IMG/VR virus record: IMGVR_UViG_3300017700_000313
Location: 1 to 43,207 of that record
Direction: 5' to 3' (one strand)
Length of the DNA stretch: 43,207 nt
DNA from: a virus
Taxonomy: Duplodnaviria > Caudoviricetes
A program made the position numbers and the translations under genes. Of this stretch, positions 34,259 to 43,207 are shown piece after piece. The notes below the pieces were generated by a model, which worked only from the letters and a program-made list of their open reading frames with translations, ran no database searches and had not been told where the DNA came from. The stretch's first letter is position 1, and every line of letters starts with the position of its first letter.

Positions 34259-35968
34259 TTACACCTTGCCAGCAGTTGTGGCTTCAAGGATGATGGTACT
34301 CAGATCGAATGATCCTTCAATCACCAAGTTGAAGTTCTTGCAGTCAATCATCTCGCCTGCACACAGGTAGCTGGCAGTACGCTCGATCTCCACGAGTGGC
34401 AACGTAGCTACCAAGTCACGGCCATTGTAGCTGGGAGTGATGAATGCGTTGCCAGCTTCCAAGCCCTCAGCTTCAACTCGGTTGAACTGTGAGTTGCTGC
34501 TACGAGTTAGCTGAATACGCCCGATGACAACCACGGCTGGATCATCTTCCGTACGTGCATCATCTGACCAGATAGCCGTGCGAACTTCTCCTGTTGCCAG
34601 CAAGAATGACAGCGAGTGCTGAGCAGTTGATACGCCTTCGCCAACTCCTGTCACATCCTCGTAAGCAGTTGCTGCCAAGTCATCGTACCGCACATCAAGC
34701 AGCATCGAGTAGGTCAGGCCAACTGGCAACTGCTCTTGCGTGTAGTAAAAGCAATCACGATGCACAATGCGCAGCTTGCCAATCCGCTTCAAGAACAGAT
34801 CAACAACCAGCGCGTAAGAGTAGATACCAGGGAAGAAGCCGTAACTCAGCACCAGATAGCGACTGGAGACAGCAGTAACCTTCGTGAAGAAGTCAACTGA
34901 AGTTCCACCGCGAATCAGGCTGTGACTCAGAAAGTCGTAGCGCTCAGTCCTGCGTCCGGCAATGAAGTCAGAGATTGCTGGGTACAGCGGCTCAGCAGAG
35001 TTCAAGCTGATCTTCTGCAATCCAGCTGTGGTGTATGCAATCACATCACCAAGGTTGCCCTCAAGCGTAGCTTGTTCGTAGGACTCCAAGCCACCAGCGT
35101 TACTGATTTCCCGGAACACCCACGGGCTGGCAATCGACTGTGCGTAGTAGTTCGCAGACACAGCATTGCGAGTGGTAAAGATCAGGAAGCCACCAGGCAG
35201 TGGCAAGATGGCAGTGATGTTGCCTTTCACATCTTCTGGAATCTGACTGCCAGAGCCAGTGAAGTTGCCGTTCAAGTAGCTGATGTAGTTGAACTGCGTG
35301 CCATTGAAGTTGGCCCAAGCAACTGACAAGCCAGACCAAATCAGCAAGAAGCCGTTCGAAGCTGAAATGCCATCGATCTCACCAGCTGCAAATGGAATGT
35401 TTGCCAGCAGTGGAGTTGCAGGAATCAGAGTCTTCGTGACGCTGTCCCACTCCATGATGCTCATGTCAACAGCTGGCGTGCCATTGCTTTTGAGGCGGGA
35501 ATAGCAGACGAATGTCTTGCCATCCACATAAGCATACGTGACTTTGCTGTTAGCTGGAATGCTGCTAGCATGGAACACCAGCGGTGTCCAGATATCAGCA
35601 CTCAGATCACTGGCCCATGCACCAGCGGTATCATCGTAGACGTAGTTCTTCCCCTTGGCAGGTGAGTAGAGAACAGTGTTCTCATCCGCATCGCGCAAGG
35701 GGAAGACAGTGTCAAAGTCAGTTTCAACAGTTGGTGCGATGATCTGCTGGTAACCAACACTTCGCACGCCACTGCTGACTGGCATGAAGTTCTCGCCATA
35801 GATGATCTGAGCGACGTTCTGATCTACTGAATCTTCGGAGCCAACGAACCCTCGCGCAAGACGTGGGGCAGAATCCAGCTGCGGAATGAATACGGCTCGT
35901 GGAGCTTTTGTCGAGACGAGCGGAAACACTGCGTTGTTCAGTGGAACTTTGAAACGTTGCACAGCCAT
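34259..35968 (-). CDS. Tail nozzle/head-closure (P22 gp10/T7 gp12-like beta-propeller) protein
   Basis: 569-aa beta-rich protein with ENFMP...G near the N-terminus and FTGSGSQ.PEDVKG.I; position fits a podoviral nozzle. Confidence 0.65.
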   Translation of the reverse strand: MAVQRFKVPLNNAVFPLVSTKAPRAVFIPQLDSAPRLARGFVGSEDSVDQNVAQIIYGENFMPVSSGVRSVGYQQIIAPTVETDFDTVFPLRDADENTVLYSPAKGKNYVYDDTAGAWASDLSADIWTPLVFHASSIPANSKVTYAYVDGKTFVCYSRLKSNGTPAVDMSIMEWDSVTKTLIPATPLLANIPFAAGEIDGISASNGFLLIWSGLSVAWANFNGTQFNYISYLNGNFTGSGSQIPEDVKGNITAILPLPGGFLIFTTRNAVSANYYAQSIASPWVFREISNAGGLESYEQATLEGNLGDVIAYTTAGLQKISLNSAEPLYPAISDFIAGRRTERYDFLSHSLIRGGTSVDFFTKVTAVSSRYLVLSYGFFPGIYSYALVVDLFLKRIGKLRIVHRDCFYYTQEQLPVGLTYSMLLDVRYDDLAATAYEDVTGVGEGVSTAQHSLSFLLATGEVRTAIWSDDARTEDDPAVVVIGRIQLTRSSNSQFNRVEAEGLEAGNAFITPSYNGRDLVATLPLVEIERTASYLCAGEMIDCKNFNLVIEGSFDLSTIILEATTAGKV

Positions 35969-35977
35969 GGTATTCTT

Positions 35978-36298
35978 TCAGTGCTTGTCAGCTTTGTTCT
36001 TCAGTTCATCGTAGAGCTGGGAGAGGTTGGATTCCATCTTGCGTTCGATCTGTTGGAATCCAGTCCGGACTTCCCCCGTTACTTCACGCATGATGTCTTT
36101 CAACTCCTCCCGCTTGACGTAGTCACCAACCACAAGAATCTTCAGAGCAGCAAGCTCTGTGGTATGGTTGTGCTTTGCCGCTCGCAAAGCTTTGATTTCC
36201 AGCCAGATGTTGCCCACGAGTGCTCCTAGGATAAGCATCAGAACACTGACGAGGCCGTTGACAACCCAGATGAGGTCGATAGTTGCTGTCGAGGCCAT
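35978..36298 (-). CDS. Membrane-anchored coiled-coil protein (XhlA-like/holin-like)
   Basis: Single N-terminal TM segment, then YVKREE and a coiled coil ending KADK. Confidence 0.6.
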   Translation of the reverse strand: MASTATIDLIWVVNGLVSVLMLILGALVGNIWLEIKALRAAKHNHTTELAALKILVVGDYVKREELKDIMREVTGEVRTGFQQIERKMESNLSQLYDELKNKADKH

Positions 36299-36648
36299 TA
36301 GCAGTGTCCCTTGTCAAATGGATTCAACCAGCTGTTGCAAATGTAGCTGGCAAACTTAGCTTTCTTAGGAGCGATCGTCGGCATCGATTTCCAACGTTTG
36401 AGCCGTCTCGTAACGGTAACTTCCTTTGGGAGTTCCCAGAACAAGATAGTCAAAAGGAGTTGCAGGAATATATCCAGCAACCAACTCAGGAGCGCTGGCA
36501 ACAGCCCAGCTGCCTGGACTTCCCACCGGAGAGTTTTGAATTGCTCCTTTAGGCTCATGGTGAGGATGTACCCCATCCACAGGAAGTAGAACGCCAGCGA
36601 GAGTATCCACAGCAAATCGCTCCAGTAAAGAGTGAATGTGAAAGTCAT
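36298..36648 (-). CDS. Small membrane protein
   Basis: Two hydrophobic segments; C-terminal ICxxxLNPFDxGHC; TAATG coupling. Confidence 0.65.
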   Translation of the reverse strand: MTFTFTLYWSDLLWILSLAFYFLWMGYILTMSLKEQFKTLRWEVQAAGLLPALLSWLLDIFLQLLLTILFWELPKEVTVTRRLKRWKSMPTIAPKKAKFASYICNSWLNPFDKGHC

Positions 36649-36651
36649 GGC

Positions 36652-37080
36652 TTATTCAGCCAAGCACTTGCGCAGCTCTGCTGTGTCGGCAGCTGCATCA
36701 ATGGCAAGTTGCCGCTTGGCATCCTTGTCACGAATCTTCTGGCGCTCATCTTCTGCACCTTTTGCTTTGCCCGGCAGTTGCTTGGCAATCACTTCATCGT
36801 GGGGTGCGAATTCAGCAGCACGCTTGGCACGGCGCAGTTCGTGAGCAATCTCCTTGCTCTTGACTGGGCACTCCACGCACTTCTTGCCTTCAGCTTTCCA
36901 CGCGCCACGGAACAGGCGATCTTGTGGAATGTCAGCAACAGTGACAACTGCCACATCAGTTGCATCATCTGGCACATCTTGCATGACGCGAGCAAGCTCA
37001 ACGTCAGGTGCAGGGATGATGACAGAAACACCACCATCAGGGCGGGTGAAGATGATTCGTTTGTCTTGTGGATCAGACAT
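36652..37080 (-). CDS. Putative tail fibre assembly/chaperone-like protein
   Basis: IIF.RPDGGVSVIIP...DIPQDRLFRGAW...RQKIRD pattern; follows the fibre genes; AAGGAG RBS. Confidence 0.6.
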   Translation of the reverse strand: MSDPQDKRIIFTRPDGGVSVIIPAPDVELARVMQDVPDDATDVAVVTVADIPQDRLFRGAWKAEGKKCVECPVKSKEIAHELRRAKRAAEFAPHDEVIAKQLPGKAKGAEDERQKIRDKDAKRQLAIDAAADTAELRKCLAE

Positions 37081-37106
37081 GAGATAAGCTCCTTGGATTG
37101 AGAGAA

Positions 37107-37472
37107 TTAGCGGAAGGCCACAGCTGATACTGCGCCAGAATCAGAACCGGCAGCGCCAGCACCTGTCACGGTCTTAACAGTAAAGCCGGTGGTGCTGTAC
37201 GAGTTAACGTCGAGGATGTTACCGCCCGCACCAGACTGGAATGCGGCAACGGCTGCATAGTTTGCGTCGGACATGGCAGTTGCAAAGACAACTTTCCACT
37301 CACCCACTCCGATATCTGTGATGCTGCTTACGTTGAATGCAGCCCGAATTGTGACGGTGCCAGCCCCAAGGAACTGCACCCACGCCTTTGCGCTGCCATC
37401 CACAACAGTGGCCATTGGCACCGACTTGCTGCCAGCGACGTTGCTGAGAGTATCTGTTTTGAGTGTGCTCAT
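37107..37472 (-). CDS. Tail fibre tip module (AKAWV..G..NVSSITD type)
   Basis: AKAWVQF.G...AFNVSSITD.G.G...F.TAMSDANYAA; paralog of 37482..37832. Confidence 0.7.
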   Translation of the reverse strand: MSTLKTDTLSNVAGSKSVPMATVVDGSAKAWVQFLGAGTVTIRAAFNVSSITDIGVGEWKVVFATAMSDANYAAVAAFQSGAGGNILDVNSYSTTGFTVKTVTGAGAAGSDSGAVSAVAFR

Positions 37473-37481
37473 GATTCTCTT

Positions 37482-37832
37482 TCAGCGGAAGATGGCCACG
37501 TTCACCAGTGGGAGGTCTTGCCCTACGGCTGACCCGTTCTGCGCACGAATTGCAATACTGCCAACAAGGCGAGCGGTATTGGTGAGCTCAACGTAGAATA
37601 CGTTTGCCACGGCCTCCGCACTCACCCCCATAACCGCTGCGTAGTTGGCGTCTGCCATTGCCGTCGTGAAGTTCACAACGTACAATCCAGTGCCGTTGTC
37701 AGTGATGGAACTCACATTGCCAGCAGCACGAATTGCAATGGTGCCAACTCCATTGAAGTTAACCCACGCACGGCACTTGAAGTTCTCCGTGTTGTCAGAG
37801 TTGAGCCACTGATTGAATTTGATTGTGCTCAT
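37482..37832 (-). CDS. Tail fibre tip module, paralog
   Basis: CRAWVNFNG...GNVSSITDNGTG.Y.VNFTTAMADANYAA. Confidence 0.7.
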   Translation of the reverse strand: MSTIKFNQWLNSDNTENFKCRAWVNFNGVGTIAIRAAGNVSSITDNGTGLYVVNFTTAMADANYAAVMGVSAEAVANVFYVELTNTARLVGSIAIRAQNGSAVGQDLPLVNVAIFR

Positions 37833-38296
37833 TATGCGGCCCTCACAAGGAACATATCTGCGTTACCTGCTGCTGCCGGAGATGATCCGGTGATGTTCAC
37901 CCAGATTTCAAGGTAGTCGGTTGTGCCGTTCATTTCTATGGCCGCCCCCACTACTACTCGCCCATTGGAAGTTCCGTTAGAGGAACCTGCGCGAACTTGA
38001 ACACCGTTCTTATAGACGGCCATGGTAACGTTAGTTGTAGAGACACTGCCAGAAGAATCCAACACACCCTGCACCGAGTACAGTCCTGGCACTTGTGGAA
38101 TAAACCTGAAGTTGGCCGCATCCCAGTCGCTTGTTGGATCAAACGTGACTGAGTTGTACTGCATCTTTGTCCAGGTAGCAGAAGTTATTCCTTGTGACCC
38201 AGAAATACGAACAACGCTTACAGCAGGAGCGTTGTTAGCAGACGGGACTCCAGTTCCTGCTGCATTCTGAATGGTGTTAACTCGAATCGTGGACAT
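37832..38296 (-). CDS. Tail fibre module with C1q/TNF-like domain
   Basis: Start at the TAATG overlap (MSTIRVNTIQ); FD...WD...RFIP.VPGLY...VYKNG...MNGTTDYLEIW. Confidence 0.7.
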   Translation of the reverse strand: MSTIRVNTIQNAAGTGVPSANNAPAVSVVRISGSQGITSATWTKMQYNSVTFDPTSDWDAANFRFIPQVPGLYSVQGVLDSSGSVSTTNVTMAVYKNGVQVRAGSSNGTSNGRVVVGAAIEMNGTTDYLEIWVNITGSSPAAAGNADMFLVRAA

Positions 38297-38991
38297 TACA
38301 GCACCACCAAAGTTGCGCCAATGGCGATTGTCAGAGTCTTGGTAGCAGCGATGCTCCAAGGGCCAGTGATCGAGGCATTCTTGGTGCCAACAATCGTGTA
38401 ATCATCCAAGAGAACTTGATCGTTCTCGTAGAACATGGGGTTGTTGGTAGGGCCAGAAGCGCCAGAGCCAACAGGCGACCACGTGCCGCCGTTCTTGCGC
38501 ACTTCAAGTGCATCAAGCGTGGTGTTAAAGCGCGTGTAGCCAGGAGAAGGAACTGCATCACGCTGCGCAGTCGTGCCTGTTGGCATCACAGCAGAGCCAG
38601 TTGCTCCGGTTTGCGACACCTTGCCTGCCAATGCAGGAATAGCAGCAACAGCTGCATTGATGTTTGCAATGTTGTCAGAGACAATGACGACATCGACAAT
38701 GTTGTCTGCAACAGTTTCAATGTCCAGAATCTGTGCTTGCGTGATGGTCCAGTCTGTCAGCAGCGGACCAGGAACTGGCTGACCCGTGACTTCATCGAAT
38801 GCCAGAAACTTGCCAGCACGTGAAGCAGCAACAGGCAATTCACCCAAGTTGCCAGGAGCGTCAGCAGCAGGAAAGCGAAGTCCGCGAACTTCCTGAGTCT
38901 TCAGAGTACGAAACTCCAGCGCCGCAGACTCAACAAACTTGTCTTCTGTTGGCTGCGTGGGATCAGCTGCGTTTGGAATATACGTTGCCAT
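38296..38991 (-). CDS. Proximal tail fibre protein
   Basis: N-terminal attachment region, coiled coil, MPTGTTAQR...RFNTT..LE repeat unit, and C-terminal FYEND...NA..TGP..I...TLTI..GATLVVL. Confidence 0.75.
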   Translation of the reverse strand: MATYIPNAADPTQPTEDKFVESAALEFRTLKTQEVRGLRFPAADAPGNLGELPVAASRAGKFLAFDEVTGQPVPGPLLTDWTITQAQILDIETVADNIVDVVIVSDNIANINAAVAAIPALAGKVSQTGATGSAVMPTGTTAQRDAVPSPGYTRFNTTLDALEVRKNGGTWSPVGSGASGPTNNPMFYENDQVLLDDYTIVGTKNASITGPWSIAATKTLTIAIGATLVVL

Positions 38992-39002
38992 ACTTGCTCC
39001 AG

Positions 39003-39608
39003 TTAAGCGACGTTACCGAGAAGGTGGCTTGCAACCAGCATCTCTTTGAAAGGACCAACGTGAGTACGCATGGTGTCTTGTGCCATCTCAGCAAAGCCAG
39101 TACGTGCCCACACAATGCCAGCTGCCCACTGAGCAACTTCATCTGGATACAGGTCAGCAATCCAGCTGTTGTAGGTCAGGCCAGCAGTCAGTGGATTCTG
39201 GTAATACCAGGCTTCCAAGCGACCAGTTGCCAGCTGTGGCCAGACACGAAGCGTGTCACCAATCAGCGTGTAGCAAGAACGGCGCAGTTGGCCGTCATTG
39301 TCATAGGCATCATCAGAATCACGATACTCAAGTTTCTCCACGGGCCGGAAACTTGCATTGTCCAGTCCATTGATAAACTTGAGTGACCTCAATCGCGGCA
39401 ACGTGCTGCTGATGTTCGGCAAATCGTAGTAATTTGCAGAACTGTCAACAACGTACGTCACAGGCGCAGATGCCTGATCGCGCGGAAAGAAGTCAACGTG
39501 GTGAGCACGAAGAGTTGCACTGCGGATAGCAGCTTGCGTGATCGCTGGAATCTCAGGACGGCGCGTTTGCGCAATCACGAGAGCTTCCATTTCAGCAAAT
39601 GTTGTCAT
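39003..39608 (-). CDS. Head-tail adaptor (tail tubular A-like)
   Basis: About 200 aa, MTTFAEM...TRRPE, YTLIGDTLRVWP, SWIADLYP; position after the capsid genes. Confidence 0.65.
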   Translation of the reverse strand: MTTFAEMEALVIAQTRRPEIPAITQAAIRSATLRAHHVDFFPRDQASAPVTYVVDSSANYYDLPNISSTLPRLRSLKFINGLDNASFRPVEKLEYRDSDDAYDNDGQLRRSCYTLIGDTLRVWPQLATGRLEAWYYQNPLTAGLTYNSWIADLYPDEVAQWAAGIVWARTGFAEMAQDTMRTHVGPFKEMLVASHLLGNVA

Positions 39609-39634
39609 TTCGTGCTCACCTGTTGTGGCTGCAA

Positions 39635-39997
39635 TTAAGCAGCAGTACCATCGCCTTGGGTCTTGCTGGCATCATCAGCAGCAGCTTTTTCAGCATTCAA
39701 CACAGCGGCAACGTTTGCCTGCTCGGTGAAGATCATGCTGGCAGACTTGTTGGCCACCTTGTTGAGTTCAGCGATCTGGTCAGCATCGTCAGTCACCAGA
39801 CGGCCACCCAGGAATTGCAGAGCCAGGCCATCGGGCATGATGAACTTGGCACCAGCAACGCGATGGAAGAAGGTCTTGCTGTCGGGATTCTTCAGAGCTT
39901 CAGCAGTGGAAGCTTGGCTTTCACCAGAGCGAAGAATCGTGGGAGCAGGTGCAGCAGCACCAGTACGAGCAGCAGAAGAAACAGTTCCGACAGCCAT
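39635..39997 (-). CDS. Hypothetical virion-associated protein
   Basis: AAGGA RBS; lies between MCP and adaptor. Confidence 0.7.
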   Translation of the reverse strand: MAVGTVSSAARTGAAAPAPTILRSGESQASTAEALKNPDSKTFFHRVAGAKFIMPDGLALQFLGGRLVTDDADQIAELNKVANKSASMIFTEQANVAAVLNAEKAAADDASKTQGDGTAA

Positions 39998-40045
39998 GAT
40001 GAATTCCTTTGGAAGATTGATTGGATGAGAGTGGACTCTCAGCGG

Positions 40046-40075
40046 AAAAGCCCCACACCGTTTCCAGTGTGAGGC
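40046..40075 (-). terminator. Terminator downstream of the major capsid gene
   Basis: On the - strand: gcctcacac-tggaaacg-gtgtggggc followed by TTTT. Confidence 0.75.
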
Positions 40076-40097
40076 AATTCAGTTGAAGCTTGGCAGA

Positions 40098-41297
40098 TTA
40101 GCCAGCCACACCAGCGGTGAAGTTGTAGATCACGCCGAAAGCTGAGGGGTTCTTGATCGTGCAAGTCAGCTCAGTCGTCAGCGTGCCGCCTTCAGCATCG
40201 ATGCCGTTGTCCACCAGTGCGCCACTTGCGTTGTAAGCAGCATCGCTGGTTTTGCGCAGGTAGGCCAAGCTGAACGCGTTCAGATCAGCAACCACCGCCA
40301 TCTTCGCCCACATGCTGGCAGCGCCATAGGCGTTGAACAGCGGATGTTCGATGATCTCGAAAGTGCCACGTGGCGTGCGGATCATGTTGATCTGCAGGCC
40401 CCAGGTGCTTTCGGTGGTGGTGATTTCGTACGAGCTATTCAGACGTGCGATGTTGTGAATCACACGACGAGCAGTACCACCCACGAACATCGTGCGGATG
40501 TTGCCACCTTTGGGATCGGTGACAGTCTGCAACGTGGGATCAAGTGCAGCTTCGAACTGAGTCCAGTTCGTGGTGGCACCGAGCGTCACGATGTTGCCAG
40601 GAGCAGCAGCCAGCACGCGTGGGATGATGCCTTCCATGGTGTGGAAAGGCTGGCCTTTCAAGGTGCCCATGAACTTCTGACCGAAGAACAAAGACTTCTC
40701 GATTGCCTGTGCGTGCATGGCAGCGCAGTCTTGCTTGCTTTCCGAGACGGCGCCAGCACCTGCGATCTGCGGAATGGCAGCAGCAGTCTTGGTCACAGCC
40801 CACGAATTGCGGAAGATCTGCGTGTTGTTGGTGTAGCGAGTTGCCACGATGCTCACAGCGGAAGGACGGATGGATCCTTCTTCGAAAGCATTGCCGATGA
40901 CACGAAGCTGGTCAGCCGCGTTCAGAGCAGCAGCAACAACGGTACCAACTGCACGTTGCACAGTCACGGTGGTGCCAGTTGGCGTGGTGAGCACCAGCAT
41001 CACTTCCTGGGTACGCTCGTTCATGAGCATGTCACCAGGAACAATGTCAGTGTAGGCGGCCAGAGTCAGCGTGGTTGCGCCAACCAGATCACCAGCAGAA
41101 GACACTGCGGACGGGAAGATCATCGTCTTCGTGAAGTAACCGTGCTCGATGTCGCTGGCAGTTTCGTCTTTGAGCAGACTGGTGAGTCCGAACAGAGGCG
41201 CAGTGCCGTTGGGCATCAGACGGGTGATTGCAGATGCGAACGAAACTGCGTTCAGGTCTGCTGGGGGAGTTGCCGAGGAAATGAGACCGACTGCCAT
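40098..41297 (-). CDS. Major capsid protein (HK97 fold, SU10/DUF5309-like with inserted beta domain)
   Basis: IGNAFEEGS, NNTQIFRNSWAVT, IEKSLFFG, TMEGI, TPRGTFEII.HP, TTELT; follows the scaffold and is followed by a terminator. Confidence 0.88.
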   Translation of the reverse strand: MAVGLISSATPPADLNAVSFASAITRLMPNGTAPLFGLTSLLKDETASDIEHGYFTKTMIFPSAVSSAGDLVGATTLTLAAYTDIVPGDMLMNERTQEVMLVLTTPTGTTVTVQRAVGTVVAAALNAADQLRVIGNAFEEGSIRPSAVSIVATRYTNNTQIFRNSWAVTKTAAAIPQIAGAGAVSESKQDCAAMHAQAIEKSLFFGQKFMGTLKGQPFHTMEGIIPRVLAAAPGNIVTLGATTNWTQFEAALDPTLQTVTDPKGGNIRTMFVGGTARRVIHNIARLNSSYEITTTESTWGLQINMIRTPRGTFEIIEHPLFNAYGAASMWAKMAVVADLNAFSLAYLRKTSDAAYNASGALVDNGIDAEGGTLTTELTCTIKNPSAFGVIYNFTAGVAG

Positions 41298-41342
41298 GAT
41301 GGTTCCTTTGAAGGTTTCGACCTAGCTGTTAAGCTGTGATGG

Positions 41343-42116
41343 TCACTTGTTGTCGAGAAGATACGAAAAGTCTTGGACTTTTGGAGCGTTCTTGGATTGT
41401 TCAGCTTGGCGCTGAGGAGCAGTCATCGCATCCGACATCTCGGAGAAATACTGTTCGGCTTCTTTGTGCACATCTGCTGGTGCCAGTTGGGGATTGTTCA
41501 TTGCGATCTGGGACTTGATTGCGTTGAACACTGGTGCCACGGCGGGGTTCGCAAGTACCGCGTTAGATGTATTCTGCCCCTTAATGAGCGAACTGCGAAT
41601 GCGCCCATCGAGAGAACCACTGACACGCTCGGCAACAGTGCGAGCGCTGTGCTCAGAAAGACCGTGCGACAGCGTGGTAGCAGCAGAGAATGCTTCTTGT
41701 GCTGCCATGTTGATTGCCTGAGCAAGAGCAACTGGATCACCAGCAACTGCTTTGGCCATCACATCAGCAGGGATGGCAGCAGCAAAGTTTGCATTCTGCA
41801 CTTGTGCTTTGAAAGCAGTGGGGTCCAGCGGAGTCAGGTAAGGATCGCTGAGACCGGGAGTCTTTGGAGCAGCAGGATCAGCTGCCTTCGGTGCGAACAT
41901 CTCAGCGAAGCGATCAAGCTTCGGAGTTTCTGGGCCACCAGCGTTTGGCGTGCCAGTTGCACCACTCATGTTTGCAGGATCAGCGCCACTGTTGACAGGG
42001 CCTGGATTTGCTTTCATTTGCACGCTCATGGGACCACCAGGATTTGCTGGTGCTGCGGGAGCTGCTGCTGGTGCTGGTGCTGCGGGTTTGTTGAAAATGC
42101 CAGTGAGGAAAGCCAT
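41343..42116 (-). CDS. Capsid scaffolding protein
   Basis: Pro/Ala-rich disordered N-terminus, helical C-terminus, immediately upstream of MCP. Confidence 0.7.
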   Translation of the reverse strand: MAFLTGIFNKPAAPAPAAAPAAPANPGGPMSVQMKANPGPVNSGADPANMSGATGTPNAGGPETPKLDRFAEMFAPKAADPAAPKTPGLSDPYLTPLDPTAFKAQVQNANFAAAIPADVMAKAVAGDPVALAQAINMAAQEAFSAATTLSHGLSEHSARTVAERVSGSLDGRIRSSLIKGQNTSNAVLANPAVAPVFNAIKSQIAMNNPQLAPADVHKEAEQYFSEMSDAMTAPQRQAEQSKNAPKVQDFSYLLDNK

Positions 42117-42121
42117 GGTAA

Positions 42122-42421
42122 TTACTCCGGATCAGGTTGGTTGGATTGTTGCGCTGCTTCTGTCAATTCGGCCATGAGCTCTTTGTAAGCTGAAACGTAG
42201 TTCTTCAGCCGCTCATGCTCCACGATTGCCTTGACTTGCCGAGTTGGATCGGGGTCGTAAGGCAACACGTTTTCAATCGCTGCTTCTGCGTAGTTTGCAA
42301 TCTTGTTCTGCAAATACGCGAAAAACAGCGGTGAAACTTGCATGGATAGTTTCTCCGTCTCAGCATTCATGAGGAGACGGTTGAACGATCCATTCAGATC
42401 TGGTTTGATTTCATGTGTCAT
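42122..42421 (-). CDS. Hypothetical head-associated protein (99 aa)
   Basis: ATG 42421 (MTHEIKP) just after the upstream stop; the longer track ORF overlaps the neighbouring gene. Confidence 0.65.
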   Translation of the reverse strand: MTHEIKPDLNGSFNRLLMNAETEKLSMQVSPLFFAYLQNKIANYAEAAIENVLPYDPDPTRQVKAIVEHERLKNYVSAYKELMAELTEAAQQSNQPDPE

Positions 42422-42422
42422 G

Positions 42423-43001
42423 TTATCTGCCTTTGGGGGGCTTGGTTGATTGGTCACGCATTGCCAAGTCAAGCAGGATTTGGAATTCCGTTGCCATCGT
42501 TGCATCAATGTGGGGAGGAACAGGGTAAGTGCCACGACTCTCAACTGACGAGTTGCCCATGCCAAATGCTTGCAACTCATTGCCACTCTTGCGGTATGCT
42601 TCTGCATTCTTGACAAACTCAGGATTAAGCAATGCTGCTACTTCCTTTGTTTTGTCCTTCAACATCAGCTTCTCATAGCCTTGCTTGTACTGGGGACCAG
42701 CACGATCTTTCGTGTCGTAATACTGCTGAACAAGTTGGCGCTGAGCACCGTGAGTTAGCTCATGGATCAGAGTACCGACAGACTCACTTGGTCCGTTCCG
42801 GCTATTCAGAGTGACCTTGCCTTGTCGTGGCAGATCATTACCAAAGAACGTGTTGTACTCATACTTACCATTGGTGTTCTCACCAAGGTAGCGCTCTTCA
42901 ACAGGCGGAGTTGCACGTCGCGCCATCAAGTAGTCAGCAACAGCCCGGTACTCAGGCTTGTCACTAACAGCACGAAGTAAGAACGCTACATTCTTGTCCA
43001 T
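42423..43001 (-). CDS. Zincin-like metallopeptidase (HExxH)
   Basis: GKY...VTLN...TLIHELTHGAQ...NELQAF, with a downstream Glu as likely third ligand; AAGGA RBS. Confidence 0.7.
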   Translation of the reverse strand: MDKNVAFLLRAVSDKPEYRAVADYLMARRATPPVEERYLGENTNGKYEYNTFFGNDLPRQGKVTLNSRNGPSESVGTLIHELTHGAQRQLVQQYYDTKDRAGPQYKQGYEKLMLKDKTKEVAALLNPEFVKNAEAYRKSGNELQAFGMGNSSVESRGTYPVPPHIDATMATEFQILLDLAMRDQSTKPPKGR

Positions 43002-43010
43002 GAGACTTCC

Positions 43011-43207
43011 TTAAGCGGTTGGTGCAGCAGCTGCAATTTGCGCAGGACCTGCGGCTTCACCTGTGGATTGAGCTGCTGCCATGCCCTGAACTTGCTGCAT
43101 GAACTGAGCCTGCTGCTCAGGATTGCGCTTGAATTCATCCAGCCAGTAAGCACCGCGCAACTTGAGCCAGTAGATGTACATGCCCATGAGGTCGTACTCT
43201 GCCACGA
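43011..43207 (-). CDS. Portal protein C-terminal end (continuation of 1876..1)
   Basis: In frame across the repeat; Q/A-rich tail typical of podoviral portals. Confidence 0.8.
   Translation of the reverse strand, partial: VAEYDLMGMYIYWLKLRGAYWLDEFKRNPEQQAQFMQQVQGMAAAQSTGEAAGPAQIAAAAPTA
43085..43207. repeat. Terminal direct repeat, copy 2
   Basis: Identical to 1-123. Confidence 0.95.

Noticed and set aside
37107-37832. Diversity-generating retroelement or invertible tail-fibre cassette
   Set aside because: No reverse transcriptase or invertase. The paralogs are same-strand and do not differ in an adenine-specific way.

Overview
The window is an apparently complete, circularly permuted dsDNA tailed-phage genome of 43,084 bp. 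Positions 1-123 are identical to 43085-43207, and the portal ORF reads through that junction. It looks like a lytic podovirus: no integrase, repressor, tape-measure, sheath or RNA polymerase gene is recognisable. The + strand (6.9-23.8 kb) carries the early and replication arm: sigma70-type promoters, an SF1B RecD/Dda-like helicase, a Cas4-like exonuclease, Sak4 and SSB, a family A DNA polymerase with a UDG-like N-terminus and His at the F762 position, a free-standing DUF3987 ATPase and two all-alpha NTP-pyrophosphatase-like genes. No primase is recognisable. The - strand carries terminase, portal, scaffold, an SU10/DUF5309-type capsid, adaptor, a segmented tail fibre cassette, nozzle, lysis genes and ejection proteins, plus two HExxH zincins. 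The most unusual signals are non-coding. (i) A ~150-nt structured RNA with two tRNA-type T-loops and an internal stem ending in ACCA lies directly before the polymerase RBS. (ii) A cloverleaf RNA presents an anti-Shine-Dalgarno UGUCUCCCU loop. (iii) Several terminators have U-tracts that can be recaptured by downstream hairpins. (iv) A DnaA-box cluster lies next to a ~200-bp pseudo-palindromic AT-rich putative origin. All family assignments come from motif recognition by eye; no searches were run.
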